Shown: piece by piece, positions 29,228-38,031 of the stretch
Numbering within the stretch: the first letter of the stretch is position 1
Layout of the letters: every line of letters begins with the position of its first letter
Origin: an uncultured Phycisphaerales bacterium
Lineage (GTDB): Bacteria > Planctomycetota > Phycisphaerae > Sedimentisphaerales > Anaerobacaceae
Reading direction: 5' to 3'
Assembly: GCA_963718665.1 (NCBI GenBank)
Contig: OY970359.1
Location: forward strand, 896,001-960,000
Length of the DNA stretch: 64,000 bases
The notes under the pieces: model-generated
The model's database searches: none
Told to the model about the DNA's origin: nothing
The model's input: only the letters and a program-made list of their open reading frames with translations
Made by a program: the position numbers and the translations under genes

Positions 29228-30364
29228 TTATTCGAGATTCAATGCCTCAGCGAACGTGGCGAGGTTATTGGCCCACTTTCGTGCCTCTTCCAGTTCAACC
29301 ATATCTGCTTTAACCAAGCGGGCGAGGTGCCGTTCCATCGTAATCATCTTCTCCTCGTACCGGCTGGAGGTCTTGGTCTGGAGCTGCGAATATATCTGCT
29401 CGACCTTGCCTGTCCTGATGAGGTTGGCGGTGGCGTAGTTATTGTTTAGAATTTCCATCGCCACGATTCGGCCTTTGCCGTCTTTTCGCGGGATGAGTTT
29501 CTGACTGATGATATACGCCAGGCCAAGCGAAAGCTGGTTTCGCACCTCGTTTTGCCTGCCGGGCGGGAAATAATCGAGTATGCGCATTATTGTCCCCGCG
29601 GTGTCCCTTGTGTGCAGCGTCGAGAAAACCAAATGTCCCGTCTCGGCGGCCATAAGCGTCATCGCGATTGTCTCGGCGTCGCGCATTTCGCCGACAAATA
29701 TGATATTCGGGTCCTCGCGGAGCATCGAACGCAATCCGTCGATAAACGAATACACGTCCCTGCCGATTTCACGCTGCGAAATGAGCGCTTTTTTCTGGTC
29801 AAATATATATTCGATGGGGTCCTCGATAGTGATTATCCGGCAGGCCTTCTCTTCGGATATGCGGTTAATCATCGATGCGATTGTTGTCGATTTGCCGGCG
29901 CCCGTTACGCCCGTAAGCAAAACCAGGCCGTGCTTGCGATTTATGATGTCTTTCCATATATCGTTGGGAAACCCCGTCTTTTCCACCGGCAGGATATCCG
30001 CCGACAGCGCGCGAATGGCCGCGCAGATGCCGTCATTTTCTTTGAAGACGTTGATTCGAAAATGCGTCCCTGCTATACGGTATGAACAATCGACGCTGTG
30101 CTGCTCGCGTAATTTGTCGATGCTCGCCTCCGACAGGAGAGGCAATATCAACTGTTCGGCCATCTCAGGCGTAAGGTTCGGGCCTTTGAGCTTTTCGAGG
30201 TCGCCATCAACGCGGTACGTGGGCGGGGCGCCGACCTTGAGGTGCAGGTCCGAAACCCGCATCGTGCCCATATTCTCGAAATAGGTCAGCATATCCTGGA
30301 TGCTCAGCTGACCCATATCCTCGGTTGGATATACGTTTTTATTAACTTCGTAAACGACCGCCAT
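29228..30364 (-). CDS. pilT: PilT/PilU family type IV pilus ATPase
   Basis: SDLHL, GVTGAGKST, TIEDPIE, LREDPNIIFVGEMRD, AAETGHLVFSTLH. Confidence 0.92.
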   Translation of the reverse strand: MAVVYEVNKNVYPTEDMGQLSIQDMLTYFENMGTMRVSDLHLKVGAPPTYRVDGDLEKLKGPNLTPEMAEQLILPLLSEASIDKLREQHSVDCSYRIAGTHFRINVFKENDGICAAIRALSADILPVEKTGFPNDIWKDIINRKHGLVLLTGVTGAGKSTTIASMINRISEEKACRIITIEDPIEYIFDQKKALISQREIGRDVYSFIDGLRSMLREDPNIIFVGEMRDAETIAMTLMAAETGHLVFSTLHTRDTAGTIMRILDYFPPGRQNEVRNQLSLGLAYIISQKLIPRKDGKGRIVAMEILNNNYATANLIRTGKVEQIYSQLQTKTSSRYEEKMITMERHLARLVKADMVELEEARKWANNLATFAEALNLE

Positions 30365-30519
30365 TTCCGCTCCTTAACAAAACAACATAAATTATAAGTT
30401 CCGGATTCGGGATTTCCAAAAGCCCCCCGCGCACTAATATCGGCAAGGGGCGTATCGGCAAAAAACAGGGGGTTTATAAGCTGAATTTGGCAGTTTTGAG
30501 GCGTTTTTTAGGACGGTTG

Positions 30520-30816
30520 TTATTTAGCGCGGGCGAGCCATTCGTTGAGGTTTTTGGCTAAGATTTTGACGTCCTTTTTGGTCATTATGTGGCTGATGAT
30601 TGCGGGCGGTATTTTGAGATTGACCATTGCCTTTTGCGCACGTTCCCACAGCTTGTCTCGCTTAGTCCTGAGCGAAGTCGAAGGGTTGGTGTCATTGTCC
30701 GCTAAATAAAGCTCGCTGACTAATTCGCTCAACTTGCCCAGCGAGATTGCGCTGAGATTGTTGTAGTAATTCGATATTACGTCTTTTTGATACGCTGAGT
30801 ATTCCTGTTTAGCCAT
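30520..30816 (-). CDS. conserved hypothetical protein (planctomycete-type) with in-frame repeat insert
   Basis: YQKDVISNYY..LSELVSELYLA..LWERA; NPSTSLRT encoded by a palindromic repeat. Confidence 0.75.
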   Translation of the reverse strand: MAKQEYSAYQKDVISNYYNNLSAISLGKLSELVSELYLADNDTNPSTSLRTKRDKLWERAQKAMVNLKIPPAIISHIMTKKDVKILAKNLNEWLARAK

Positions 30817-30818
30817 AT

Positions 30819-31030
30819 TATAGTCGCTCGTTATTAGTCGTTAGTATTTAGTATATCGTACTGAGGATAATTCTGCCTCAAATCTACATGGAAATCAAGT
30901 GCTGAAACGCATAAAAGATTAGACACGGATTCAACCCGTGAGATGGCGGCTTTGCCTATCTCACGGGTTTAACACTGATTAACACGGTTTTTCTTATTAG
31001 TTGTAAATGCAGGGCGGGGTTTACCCCGCC
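30819..31030. repeat. repeat cluster: heptamers, ACACGG-type nonamers split by an AACCCGTGAGAT/ATCTCACGGGTT palindrome, GGCGGGG-TTTA-CCCCGCC hairpin
   Basis: read directly from sequence. Confidence 0.75.
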
Positions 31031-31049
31031 AATTTATTCGGAAGTTTGA

Positions 31050-31376
31050 TTAAGCGTAGGCGTATTCTTTCTTTTCAGGCACAAAATCCACTCGCACCGC
31101 ACAATTTAATGCTGATGCAATCTTTTCCAGCATACCCATCGAGTGGCCGCTGTACTCGGTACTTTCAAGCCGGCTTATTACCGATTGTGTCGTTCCTACG
31201 AGTCCCGCAAGCTGTTTTTGGCTTAACCCTGCCTTGATGCGCAGACGGTGTATCTGCATCGCGATATGTGCCTTCTCACGTTCACCGCGAACGGATGTAG
31301 CACGCTTGGCATTGCCTTTTATATATCGGCCGTGAAGTATCTTCACCGCATCGGTTGTTCTTCTTTTATTACGCAT
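31050..31376 (-). CDS. XRE/HigA-like HTH antitoxin
   Basis: LRIKAGLSQKQLAGLVGTTQSVISRLE. Confidence 0.88.
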   Translation of the reverse strand: MRNKRRTTDAVKILHGRYIKGNAKRATSVRGEREKAHIAMQIHRLRIKAGLSQKQLAGLVGTTQSVISRLESTEYSGHSMGMLEKIASALNCAVRVDFVPEKKEYAYA

Positions 31377-31379
31377 ATT

Positions 31380-31435
31380 CACAATTCCTCTTCATACGTA
31401 TGGGCAGCGGGGTTCTTAATATAATTGACTTTACT
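31380..31435 (-). pseudogene. possible C-terminal remnant of the cognate RelE/HigB-like toxin
   Basis: SKVNYIKNPAAHTYEEEL* ends just before the antitoxin start; no full ORF upstream. Confidence 0.45.
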
Positions 31436-31605
31436 GAGCAATATCGCAAATATGCGATATTAGTTCAAGTGATTTTTGCTCAATTGCTAAATTTTTTAAC
31501 TCTTATGCCAAACGGCTCTATTGCCTGAAATCGCTGGCTAAATCAAACGTCGGGCTGGAAATAATTAGCGTTGGGATTATTTTTACTCTTGTTTATACCC
31601 ATTCC

Positions 31606-32490
31606 TTAACTATGTTTTAGTCCTTGGCGAACAGACAGAGAGGCAAGGATGTTTTCAGCAATACTAATTCTCCGAGTCGCGCCATTTTGGTCCCCTGCCG
31701 CGAAGTAAAGCCAATAGAGTAAGGTTGACTTATTATACAATCGCAGTGGGCGCCGAGCCACACCAGCGAATACTGACCTGAGTTGATTCAAATAATATTC
31801 GCCGACTTGATTTGGCTTAGCTATCTTGATGATCTTTGTATACTCCCCAAATAGATTCTGACCTGTTTTTGTCTTGTAAAAAACACCGTACCAATCGTGA
31901 GACCCGAGCACCTCATCCAATTTATAACGTGAGGTTTTGTTAATACGACCATCCCGACGAAGGAGGCGGTTTACAGCAACACCCAAGGGAAACAAACACC
32001 AAAGGTCGATCGCGTGAGTTTGAGCGACCGCTTCAATGGTAGTCCAATTAACTTGCATACCATACGGATCAAGGAAGAGAACAGCTCGCCAGTGGGTCCA
32101 GTCACATTTCTTACAGAGCTTCTTCAGATATATGTTGGCATCATCATTCTTTACCTTAATATTATCATCGGGGTACTCATCCTGCAACCGCGATAGTTGT
32201 GCGGTATTATTTGGTTTGTTGTCGATGAAAATGTACTTGTCAAATTTAGGTTTAACTTGAAGAGCTAAGCGTGCTGAACCATCGAATACCTGCGGAGCCG
32301 GTTTTGGGAAAAACCCTTGAATGTTATTTTTTGTGTTTCTGTGAATTGGTGAGTGACTGCCGCTTCCGGCGAAGGCATCAACGTACATTAATTGGAAGGG
32401 CTTGTCCTTCATGAAAGTCGTGAATGCAGCCAAATATAGCCCAAGTCGGTATTGTTTGTCTATTGTATGGACTCCACCGAACTGGTTCAT
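31606..32490 (-). CDS. three-Cys-motif partner protein (TcmP)-like, methyltransferase-like fold
   Basis: FGG..T..K..L..YL, YVDAFAGSG, GSARLAL, LFLDPYGMQV.W. Confidence 0.8.
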   Translation of the reverse strand: MNQFGGVHTIDKQYRLGLYLAAFTTFMKDKPFQLMYVDAFAGSGSHSPIHRNTKNNIQGFFPKPAPQVFDGSARLALQVKPKFDKYIFIDNKPNNTAQLSRLQDEYPDDNIKVKNDDANIYLKKLCKKCDWTHWRAVLFLDPYGMQVNWTTIEAVAQTHAIDLWCLFPLGVAVNRLLRRDGRINKTSRYKLDEVLGSHDWYGVFYKTKTGQNLFGEYTKIIKIAKPNQVGEYYLNQLRSVFAGVARRPLRLYNKSTLLYWLYFAAGDQNGATRRISIAENILASLSVRQGLKHS

Positions 32491-32767
32491 GGTCGACCTC
32501 GGAATTAGTAAGAATAATCACTTCATCTTGCTATAATTTTACCTTCTTTTGTTTCCCGATTCTACCGACAAAACCTGCCCGAATACAATCATTTTTACCA
32601 CCCTTCTTCGCCTAAGGGCTACGCAGGGCAGGCGAAGACCACCGAGAACCACGAAGGAAAATATAAATATAATTCTTCGTGCCCCCTTCTTTTCTTCGTG
32701 GTAAACCCTGAAAAAACAAGAACTTATAGCGATACACATAAATTCTTTTAGTAAAGTTGCATTTTCC

Positions 32768-32795
32768 TTGACTTGACTGTTTTGTTTGATAGAAT
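32768..32795 (+). promoter_or_regulatory. sigma70-type promoter upstream of the structured leader and HNH gene
   Basis: TTGACT-16 nt-TAGAAT. Confidence 0.55.
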
Positions 32796-32802
32796 ACTAA
32801 CC

Positions 32803-33020
32803 CGCTGAGTCAGGAGCTCGGCGTAACAGCACAGCAGTGCAAGCATTTCGGGACAGCAGTCCCAAGTTTCGCGCCTTGTGCGCAAGGTAAATCAAAACAA
32901 TTTTCGTCTTGTGTTTTGTTGTTTGTTTTGAAATTTGGGATTTTGAAAAAAAAGGGTCCCCTGCTGCGGAACCAATGGAGCAGGTTCTCGGGGATCTTCG
33001 CTTCGCTCCGAGGAGAGGAT
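32803..33020 (+). ncRNA. candidate structured leader RNA of the HNH-AP2 gene, including copy 3 of the dispersed motif (32954-32993)
   Basis: hairpins CGCTGAG/CTCGGCG, GGGAC/GTCCC, CCTTG/CAAGG; 40 nt motif 33/40 identical to 43499-43538. Confidence 0.45.
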
Positions 33021-33023
33021 GTT

Positions 33024-33623
33024 ATGAAGACGCGCGTGAACATATCGTTTGAGGTTCCCTGTTGGCTCGAATATATCTGTGTGTGTCCTTTACTTATCTA
33101 TCGCCGGCTGCGTTTCGGCTATACCTTCCGCAAAATTCCGCTCACACAAAATCAGGTTACGATTGTTGACCCCAAAGATTATTACTGGCTTGTTAAGTAT
33201 AACTGGTTCGCCTGCCGGTCGTTGCAGACATGGTATGCACATCGCGCCGCCAAAATAAACGGCAAACGTTCCGGAACTTCGATGCACTGCCAGATTATGC
33301 CCTTACCCAAAGGTCTTCTCGTTGACCACGCCAATGGCGACGGCCTCGATAACCGCCGCGCTAACCTCCGTCCCGCCACTCCCGCTGAAAACGCCCACAA
33401 TCGCCGCAAATACTCCACTCCAACGTCTTCTAAATTCAAAGGCGTTCGCTGGCACAAATACAGTAAGCAATGGGCCGTTTCAATTGTTATCAACCACAAA
33501 TCAATCTTTATCGGCTACTTCGACATCGAAATCGAAGCCGCAAAGGCGTATGATGAGGCGGCGAAAAAATACCACGGCGAGTTTGCCCGACTGAATTTCC
33601 CGAAAGGAACTCCTGTGTTTTAA
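33024..33623 (+). CDS. HNH endonuclease with AP2 DNA-binding domain
   Basis: IPLTQ..IVD, MHCQIM, VDHANGDGLDNRRANLR, ENAHN, SKFKGV, AAKAYDEAAKKYHGEFARLNF; AGGAG RBS. Confidence 0.92.
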   Translation: MKTRVNISFEVPCWLEYICVCPLLIYRRLRFGYTFRKIPLTQNQVTIVDPKDYYWLVKYNWFACRSLQTWYAHRAAKINGKRSGTSMHCQIMPLPKGLLVDHANGDGLDNRRANLRPATPAENAHNRRKYSTPTSSKFKGVRWHKYSKQWAVSIVINHKSIFIGYFDIEIEAAKAYDEAAKKYHGEFARLNFPKGTPVF

Positions 33624-33750
33624 CTGTCCGCTACACGCTACCCGCTGTCCACTAATTTGGCCGGATTTACACTGGCATTAGGGTTGCGGTTAGGTATAAT
33701 CTTGTCAAAAATGCCGGCCAGGATGGCCGTAGTGAATAATCCTTGAGGAT

Positions 33751-36700
33751 ATGAGCGCAAAGACGTCAAAACTGATTTTGATTGCGATTGCACTGTTTGT
33801 GTCGGCTGGTTCGGCATACGCGATTGACAACACACAAGCAAAGGCCTTCGCCGGACGCGACGTTCAAATCACCTCTGACGAATTAACCAATTATCACGAC
33901 GCCAACGGCACGGATGTTATTGTCATCGATGGAAAGGTCTCGATTGCGGCAGGCGCGGATACGTTCGCGGGCGAAAAAGCCGTCGTATGGTTGAAAAGAA
34001 ACACGGGAAGCAAAAACATCGGCGTCTGGTGCTGCGTATCGGGCGATATTTCCGCGAAAAGAGGCAACGGCACTCGAATAGTCGGGCTTAACTGGGAAAC
34101 AATCGAAAACGGTGGTTCGACAGGCTCACCACAAGGCAAAATGATGGTTATCAGTTTCGAGGCGACGGGTGAAGTATTCGTTACGGCAAAGAAAATTGAG
34201 CATACAGACGTCCGGGGCGGAGAATTTTACAACTATGCATTCACCGTGACCGCCAAAACATATAAAAACTTCGCGGACCAGTGCGCCGCAGTTTCGCCAG
34301 TGATAGTTACATTGGCGACCGAGGCGAATCGCCCTGCTGCCAAACCAAAGGCAGCGACTGCCACGGAAGGTGGGGCAGGATTTATTGACCAGTTGTTTGG
34401 CCCCGCAAAAAAACCGCAGGCGTCTGTTGAGAAAGTCCCGCAGCAGGTAAAAATACGATACCCCGTAAATTTAGCGCCGGCCGGCGAGCAGGAGCCAAAT
34501 ATCGAATGGGGTATCGCAACATCGCCCGCCGCGGACGGCTCATCAAAAACCGAGGAATTAGCGACGGTAATAGGGCGATTTTACCTGTGGCAAAAACAGG
34601 ATGAGCAGGGCCGATTGCTGGAAATGCAGGCGGACAACGCGGTTGTATTTTACGCCGGCGAAAAAACCGGCGAAGGCGAAGAATCGGGCGGGGTAAAGGA
34701 CATCGGGACAAAAGGGGCAATTAAGGCAATTTACGTCCGCGGCGACGTCGTTATGACCGAGGGGTTGCGCACGATACGAGCCGACGAGATGTATTATGAT
34801 TTTGAGAACAAAAGAGGTCTTGCAGTCAACGCGACGATGCGAACATTCGATGTCGAGCGCGGGGTACCTATATATGTCAGGGCTGCCAAAATCAGGCAGG
34901 TGGCAGAGGGCAAATTCACCGCCGACAACGTGGTCGTAACAAGCAGCGAGTTCGCCACCCCCCAGGTTTCGCTTAATGTGTCGAACATCATCGTTACCGA
35001 TACGACAACAATAGACCAGGAGGCGGGTCAGAGCAAAGACAGCAGTTACGACGCGCAGATGTGGGATATCCGGCTGAAAACCGAAGATACAACGGTATTT
35101 TATTGGCCCTATATGCGGAGCAATCTCGAAAGGCCGGACACGCCCCTCAAGAGTTTGCGTATCGGCAACGACAATATCTGGGGCACAACGATAGAGTCGC
35201 GGTGGTTTTTGTCTCGATTGCTTGGTCTGCGCGAGCCGGATGGAACCGATGAAACATTCGATTTGGATTACCTCAGCAAGCGGGGCGTCGGCACGGGAAT
35301 GGACGTGGATTACCAGCAGGATGAACGGCTGGGGAAAATCACGAGCTATTTAATCGACGACAGGGGTGAAGACCGGCTGGGACGGGTTGCCTTCAGGCGA
35401 AACCTCAAACCGCCGGAAGATTTACGCGGAAGATTCAGCTGGGTCAACCGGGAATTTATGCCGTATAACTGGCAGGTTACAACGGGCATCGATTACGAAT
35501 CGGACGAAAACTTCCTCGAAAGTTACCGCAGACACGAGTATAACACCGGCCCCGACCGCGAAACGTATATACACCTCAAAAGAATCGAAGATAACTGGGG
35601 TCTCGCGTTTCTGGTTAAGGGGCGGATTAACAATTTCGCCGACGAATTGGATGAGATGCCGACAGGCGAATATCACCTGACGGGCCAGTCGATTTTCGAC
35701 GACAAGATGACGCTGTACAGCGACACCTATAGCGGGCGATACAGACAAGAAATAGGCAAGAATCACACAACGGAAATGGACCAGGATTATTTCGGGTTTG
35801 GCACGCACAGGACCGAGGTTGATTTGCCGATGTGGACCAATGAAGCGGCGGTAAAAGTGGTGCCTTTCGCCGCGGGAACGGTTGGCTATGACGGACGCAG
35901 CGGGTTTGACAGGTCGCTGGTGGACGGCAGCGACACCGGCAAAGTCGGTGATGAAACCGTTGGAATCGGCGAATTTGGAGTGCGCAGCTCAACCGAGTTC
36001 TGGAAAATATACCCCGACGTCAACAGCCGATTGTGGGACCTAAACGGATTACGACACATCATAACGCCCGGCGTAAGCACTTCGATTTACGGGGCAAGCG
36101 ACACTGAGGTCAAGCAGCACAACGCGGCACATGTAGAGCTGACGCAACTATTGCAGACAAAACGCGGTCCCGATGAACATATTGCGGACTGGATGCGGCT
36201 TAATATGGGCATGACGTGGTTCGAGGATAACGACAAGAGGACGACCGGTTCGGGACCATACAGATATTTATGGAATAATCCTATGACGCCCTTACGGACG
36301 TTAGCTGCGCCGGAAATATTGAACGGCGACCTCGACCATGGACTTAAGAGATTCGAGACATACGGGCCGGTGAGAGATTACTTCGATACCGACTATATGT
36401 GGCAGATAAGCGACACTACGGCATTGTTGAGCAGCGGGTATTATGACATTCACAGCGGGACCGTCGAACAGTTCGATATCGGGTTTTCGCGGACGAGATT
36501 GCCCGACCTGAGCTATTACGTCGGCACCAGGTACCTGCAGGACGTCAACGTGCTGAACAAACACGGCTCCAACGCCTTTGTGTGCGCGGTAAGCTATGTC
36601 CTCGACTCGCGATACACCGTTGTTTTCTCGCAGCAGTATGATTTCCAATACAGGGCAAACGTTGAAAGCGAAATAACGCTCATCAGGCGTTATCACCGGA

Positions 36701-36840
36701 TGTTCTGGTCGATATCAGCCAGCACGGACGCGTCGCTCGACCGCCAGTCGATTATGTTTAACATCTGGCCGGAAGGCGTGCCGGAATTAGTGACAGGCAG
36801 CAGACGATACTCCAGCTTAAGCAGCCCCGGCGAGCAGTAA
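33751..36840 (+). CDS. lptD: LPS-assembly protein LptD-like outer membrane protein
   Basis: signal peptide, OstA-like IRADEMYYD, DYLSKRGVG, LRHIITP, beta-barrel pattern. Confidence 0.75.
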   Translation: MSAKTSKLILIAIALFVSAGSAYAIDNTQAKAFAGRDVQITSDELTNYHDANGTDVIVIDGKVSIAAGADTFAGEKAVVWLKRNTGSKNIGVWCCVSGDISAKRGNGTRIVGLNWETIENGGSTGSPQGKMMVISFEATGEVFVTAKKIEHTDVRGGEFYNYAFTVTAKTYKNFADQCAAVSPVIVTLATEANRPAAKPKAATATEGGAGFIDQLFGPAKKPQASVEKVPQQVKIRYPVNLAPAGEQEPNIEWGIATSPAADGSSKTEELATVIGRFYLWQKQDEQGRLLEMQADNAVVFYAGEKTGEGEESGGVKDIGTKGAIKAIYVRGDVVMTEGLRTIRADEMYYDFENKRGLAVNATMRTFDVERGVPIYVRAAKIRQVAEGKFTADNVVVTSSEFATPQVSLNVSNIIVTDTTTIDQEAGQSKDSSYDAQMWDIRLKTEDTTVFYWPYMRSNLERPDTPLKSLRIGNDNIWGTTIESRWFLSRLLGLREPDGTDETFDLDYLSKRGVGTGMDVDYQQDERLGKITSYLIDDRGEDRLGRVAFRRNLKPPEDLRGRFSWVNREFMPYNWQVTTGIDYESDENFLESYRRHEYNTGPDRETYIHLKRIEDNWGLAFLVKGRINNFADELDEMPTGEYHLTGQSIFDDKMTLYSDTYSGRYRQEIGKNHTTEMDQDYFGFGTHRTEVDLPMWTNEAAVKVVPFAAGTVGYDGRSGFDRSLVDGSDTGKVGDETVGIGEFGVRSSTEFWKIYPDVNSRLWDLNGLRHIITPGVSTSIYGASDTEVKQHNAAHVELTQLLQTKRGPDEHIADWMRLNMGMTWFEDNDKRTTGSGPYRYLWNNPMTPLRTLAAPEILNGDLDHGLKRFETYGPVRDYFDTDYMWQISDTTALLSSGYYDIHSGTVEQFDIGFSRTRLPDLSYYVGTRYLQDVNVLNKHGSNAFVCAVSYVLDSRYTVVFSQQYDFQYRANVESEITLIRRYHRMFWSISASTDASLDRQSIMFNIWPEGVPELVTGSRRYSSLSSPGEQ

Positions 36841-36992
36841 CCCTGATTTCGGGACACATAAGCCGACCGGCCAAAAGCGGGCAAGTTCGAGCGAACAAAC
36901 CTCTATCACCTAATGTAAAAACTCCACGCACTAACCACTTTGCCGGCACGGTTATTTGAGGTATAATGGCGGGTGATATGAGGCGACAAAAT

Positions 36993-37861
36993 ATGAAATT
37001 TACGAAAATGCACGGTATCGGCAATGACTACGTCTTCGTGGATTGCTTCCATGAACGCGTAACGAATCCGGCGAAAGTCGCAAGAGAAATAAGCGACAGG
37101 CACTTCGGCGTTGGGTCTGACGGCCTGATTCTGATTTGTCCATCCAAAAAAGCAGACGCCCGAATGCGGATATTTAACGCCGACGGCTCGGAAGCGGAGA
37201 TGTGCGGCAACGGAATCCGCTGCGTCGCAAAATACGTCTATGAAAAAAACATCGCCAAAGCCCGCGGGCCCGTTGCAATGGGCAACGGGACGAAATACCC
37301 GGCGTCGCTCAAAATCGAAACCGGCGCGGGTATCATGACCGTCGGTCTGGCTTTGCAGAATAAAGAGGTGCAGAAGGTCTGCGTTAATATGGGCAAGCCG
37401 AGATTCAGGCCCAAAGAAATACCCGTGAAACTCCCGGGCGAAAGGGTTATCGAACATAAAATCGAGGTTGCCGGCGAGGAATTGGCTATGACGTGCGTCT
37501 CAATGGGAAATCCGCACGTGATATTTTTCTGCGACGACGTCGCGGCGGTCGAGCTTGAAAGTATCGGCCCGGAGATTGAGAACCACAATTTGTTCCCCAA
37601 AAGAACAAACGTGCATTTCGTCGAGATTAAAAGCCGAGACGAATTTACGATGCGAACCTGGGAGCGAGGCAGCGGGATAACGCTTGCCTGCGGAACAGGC
37701 GCCTGCACTGCGCTGTCGCCGCGGCCGTAACAGGTCGATGCAGCAGGTCATCAACCGCCCAACTGCCCGGCGGGCAACTGCAATTGAACTGGTCAACCGA
37801 AGACAACTGCGTCTATATGACGGGGCCGGCAGTCGAGGTTTTCCAGGGCGTCTGGTCATAA
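36993..37861 (+). CDS. dapF: diaminopimelate epimerase, 1-nt frameshift near 37710
   Basis: FTKMHGIGNDY, EMCGNG, SMGNPH, WERGSGITLACGTG; C-terminus AVAA..LPGG.L...VYMTGPAVEVFQG* in the shifted frame. Confidence 0.9.
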
Positions 37862-37904
37862 TTTTAGCGTAAAAAACACGCCTTATCACACTCAAAACAC
37901 GGAT

Positions 37905-37924
37905 ATGTTGCTTTTTGTCAACAT
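37905..37924. promoter_or_regulatory. palindromic operator-like site ATGTTG-N8-CAACAT
   Basis: perfect 6 bp arms upstream of the NtrC gene; 18/20 copy at 58791-58810. Confidence 0.55.
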
Positions 37925-38031
37925 CAATGCTTGACAAAATCAACGTAACCATTATCATTGATGTTGTAAATCATTTCGGATTTCGGACAGTTCACGGGCA
38001 GGGAACGCCCCAAAATGGGAGCCGGGTAGCG

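Noticed and set aside
22660..37715. Programmed frameshifting in yjbQ, the anti-sigma gene and dapF
   Set aside because: No convincing shared slippery site or stimulator; not known for these families; assembly indels are simpler
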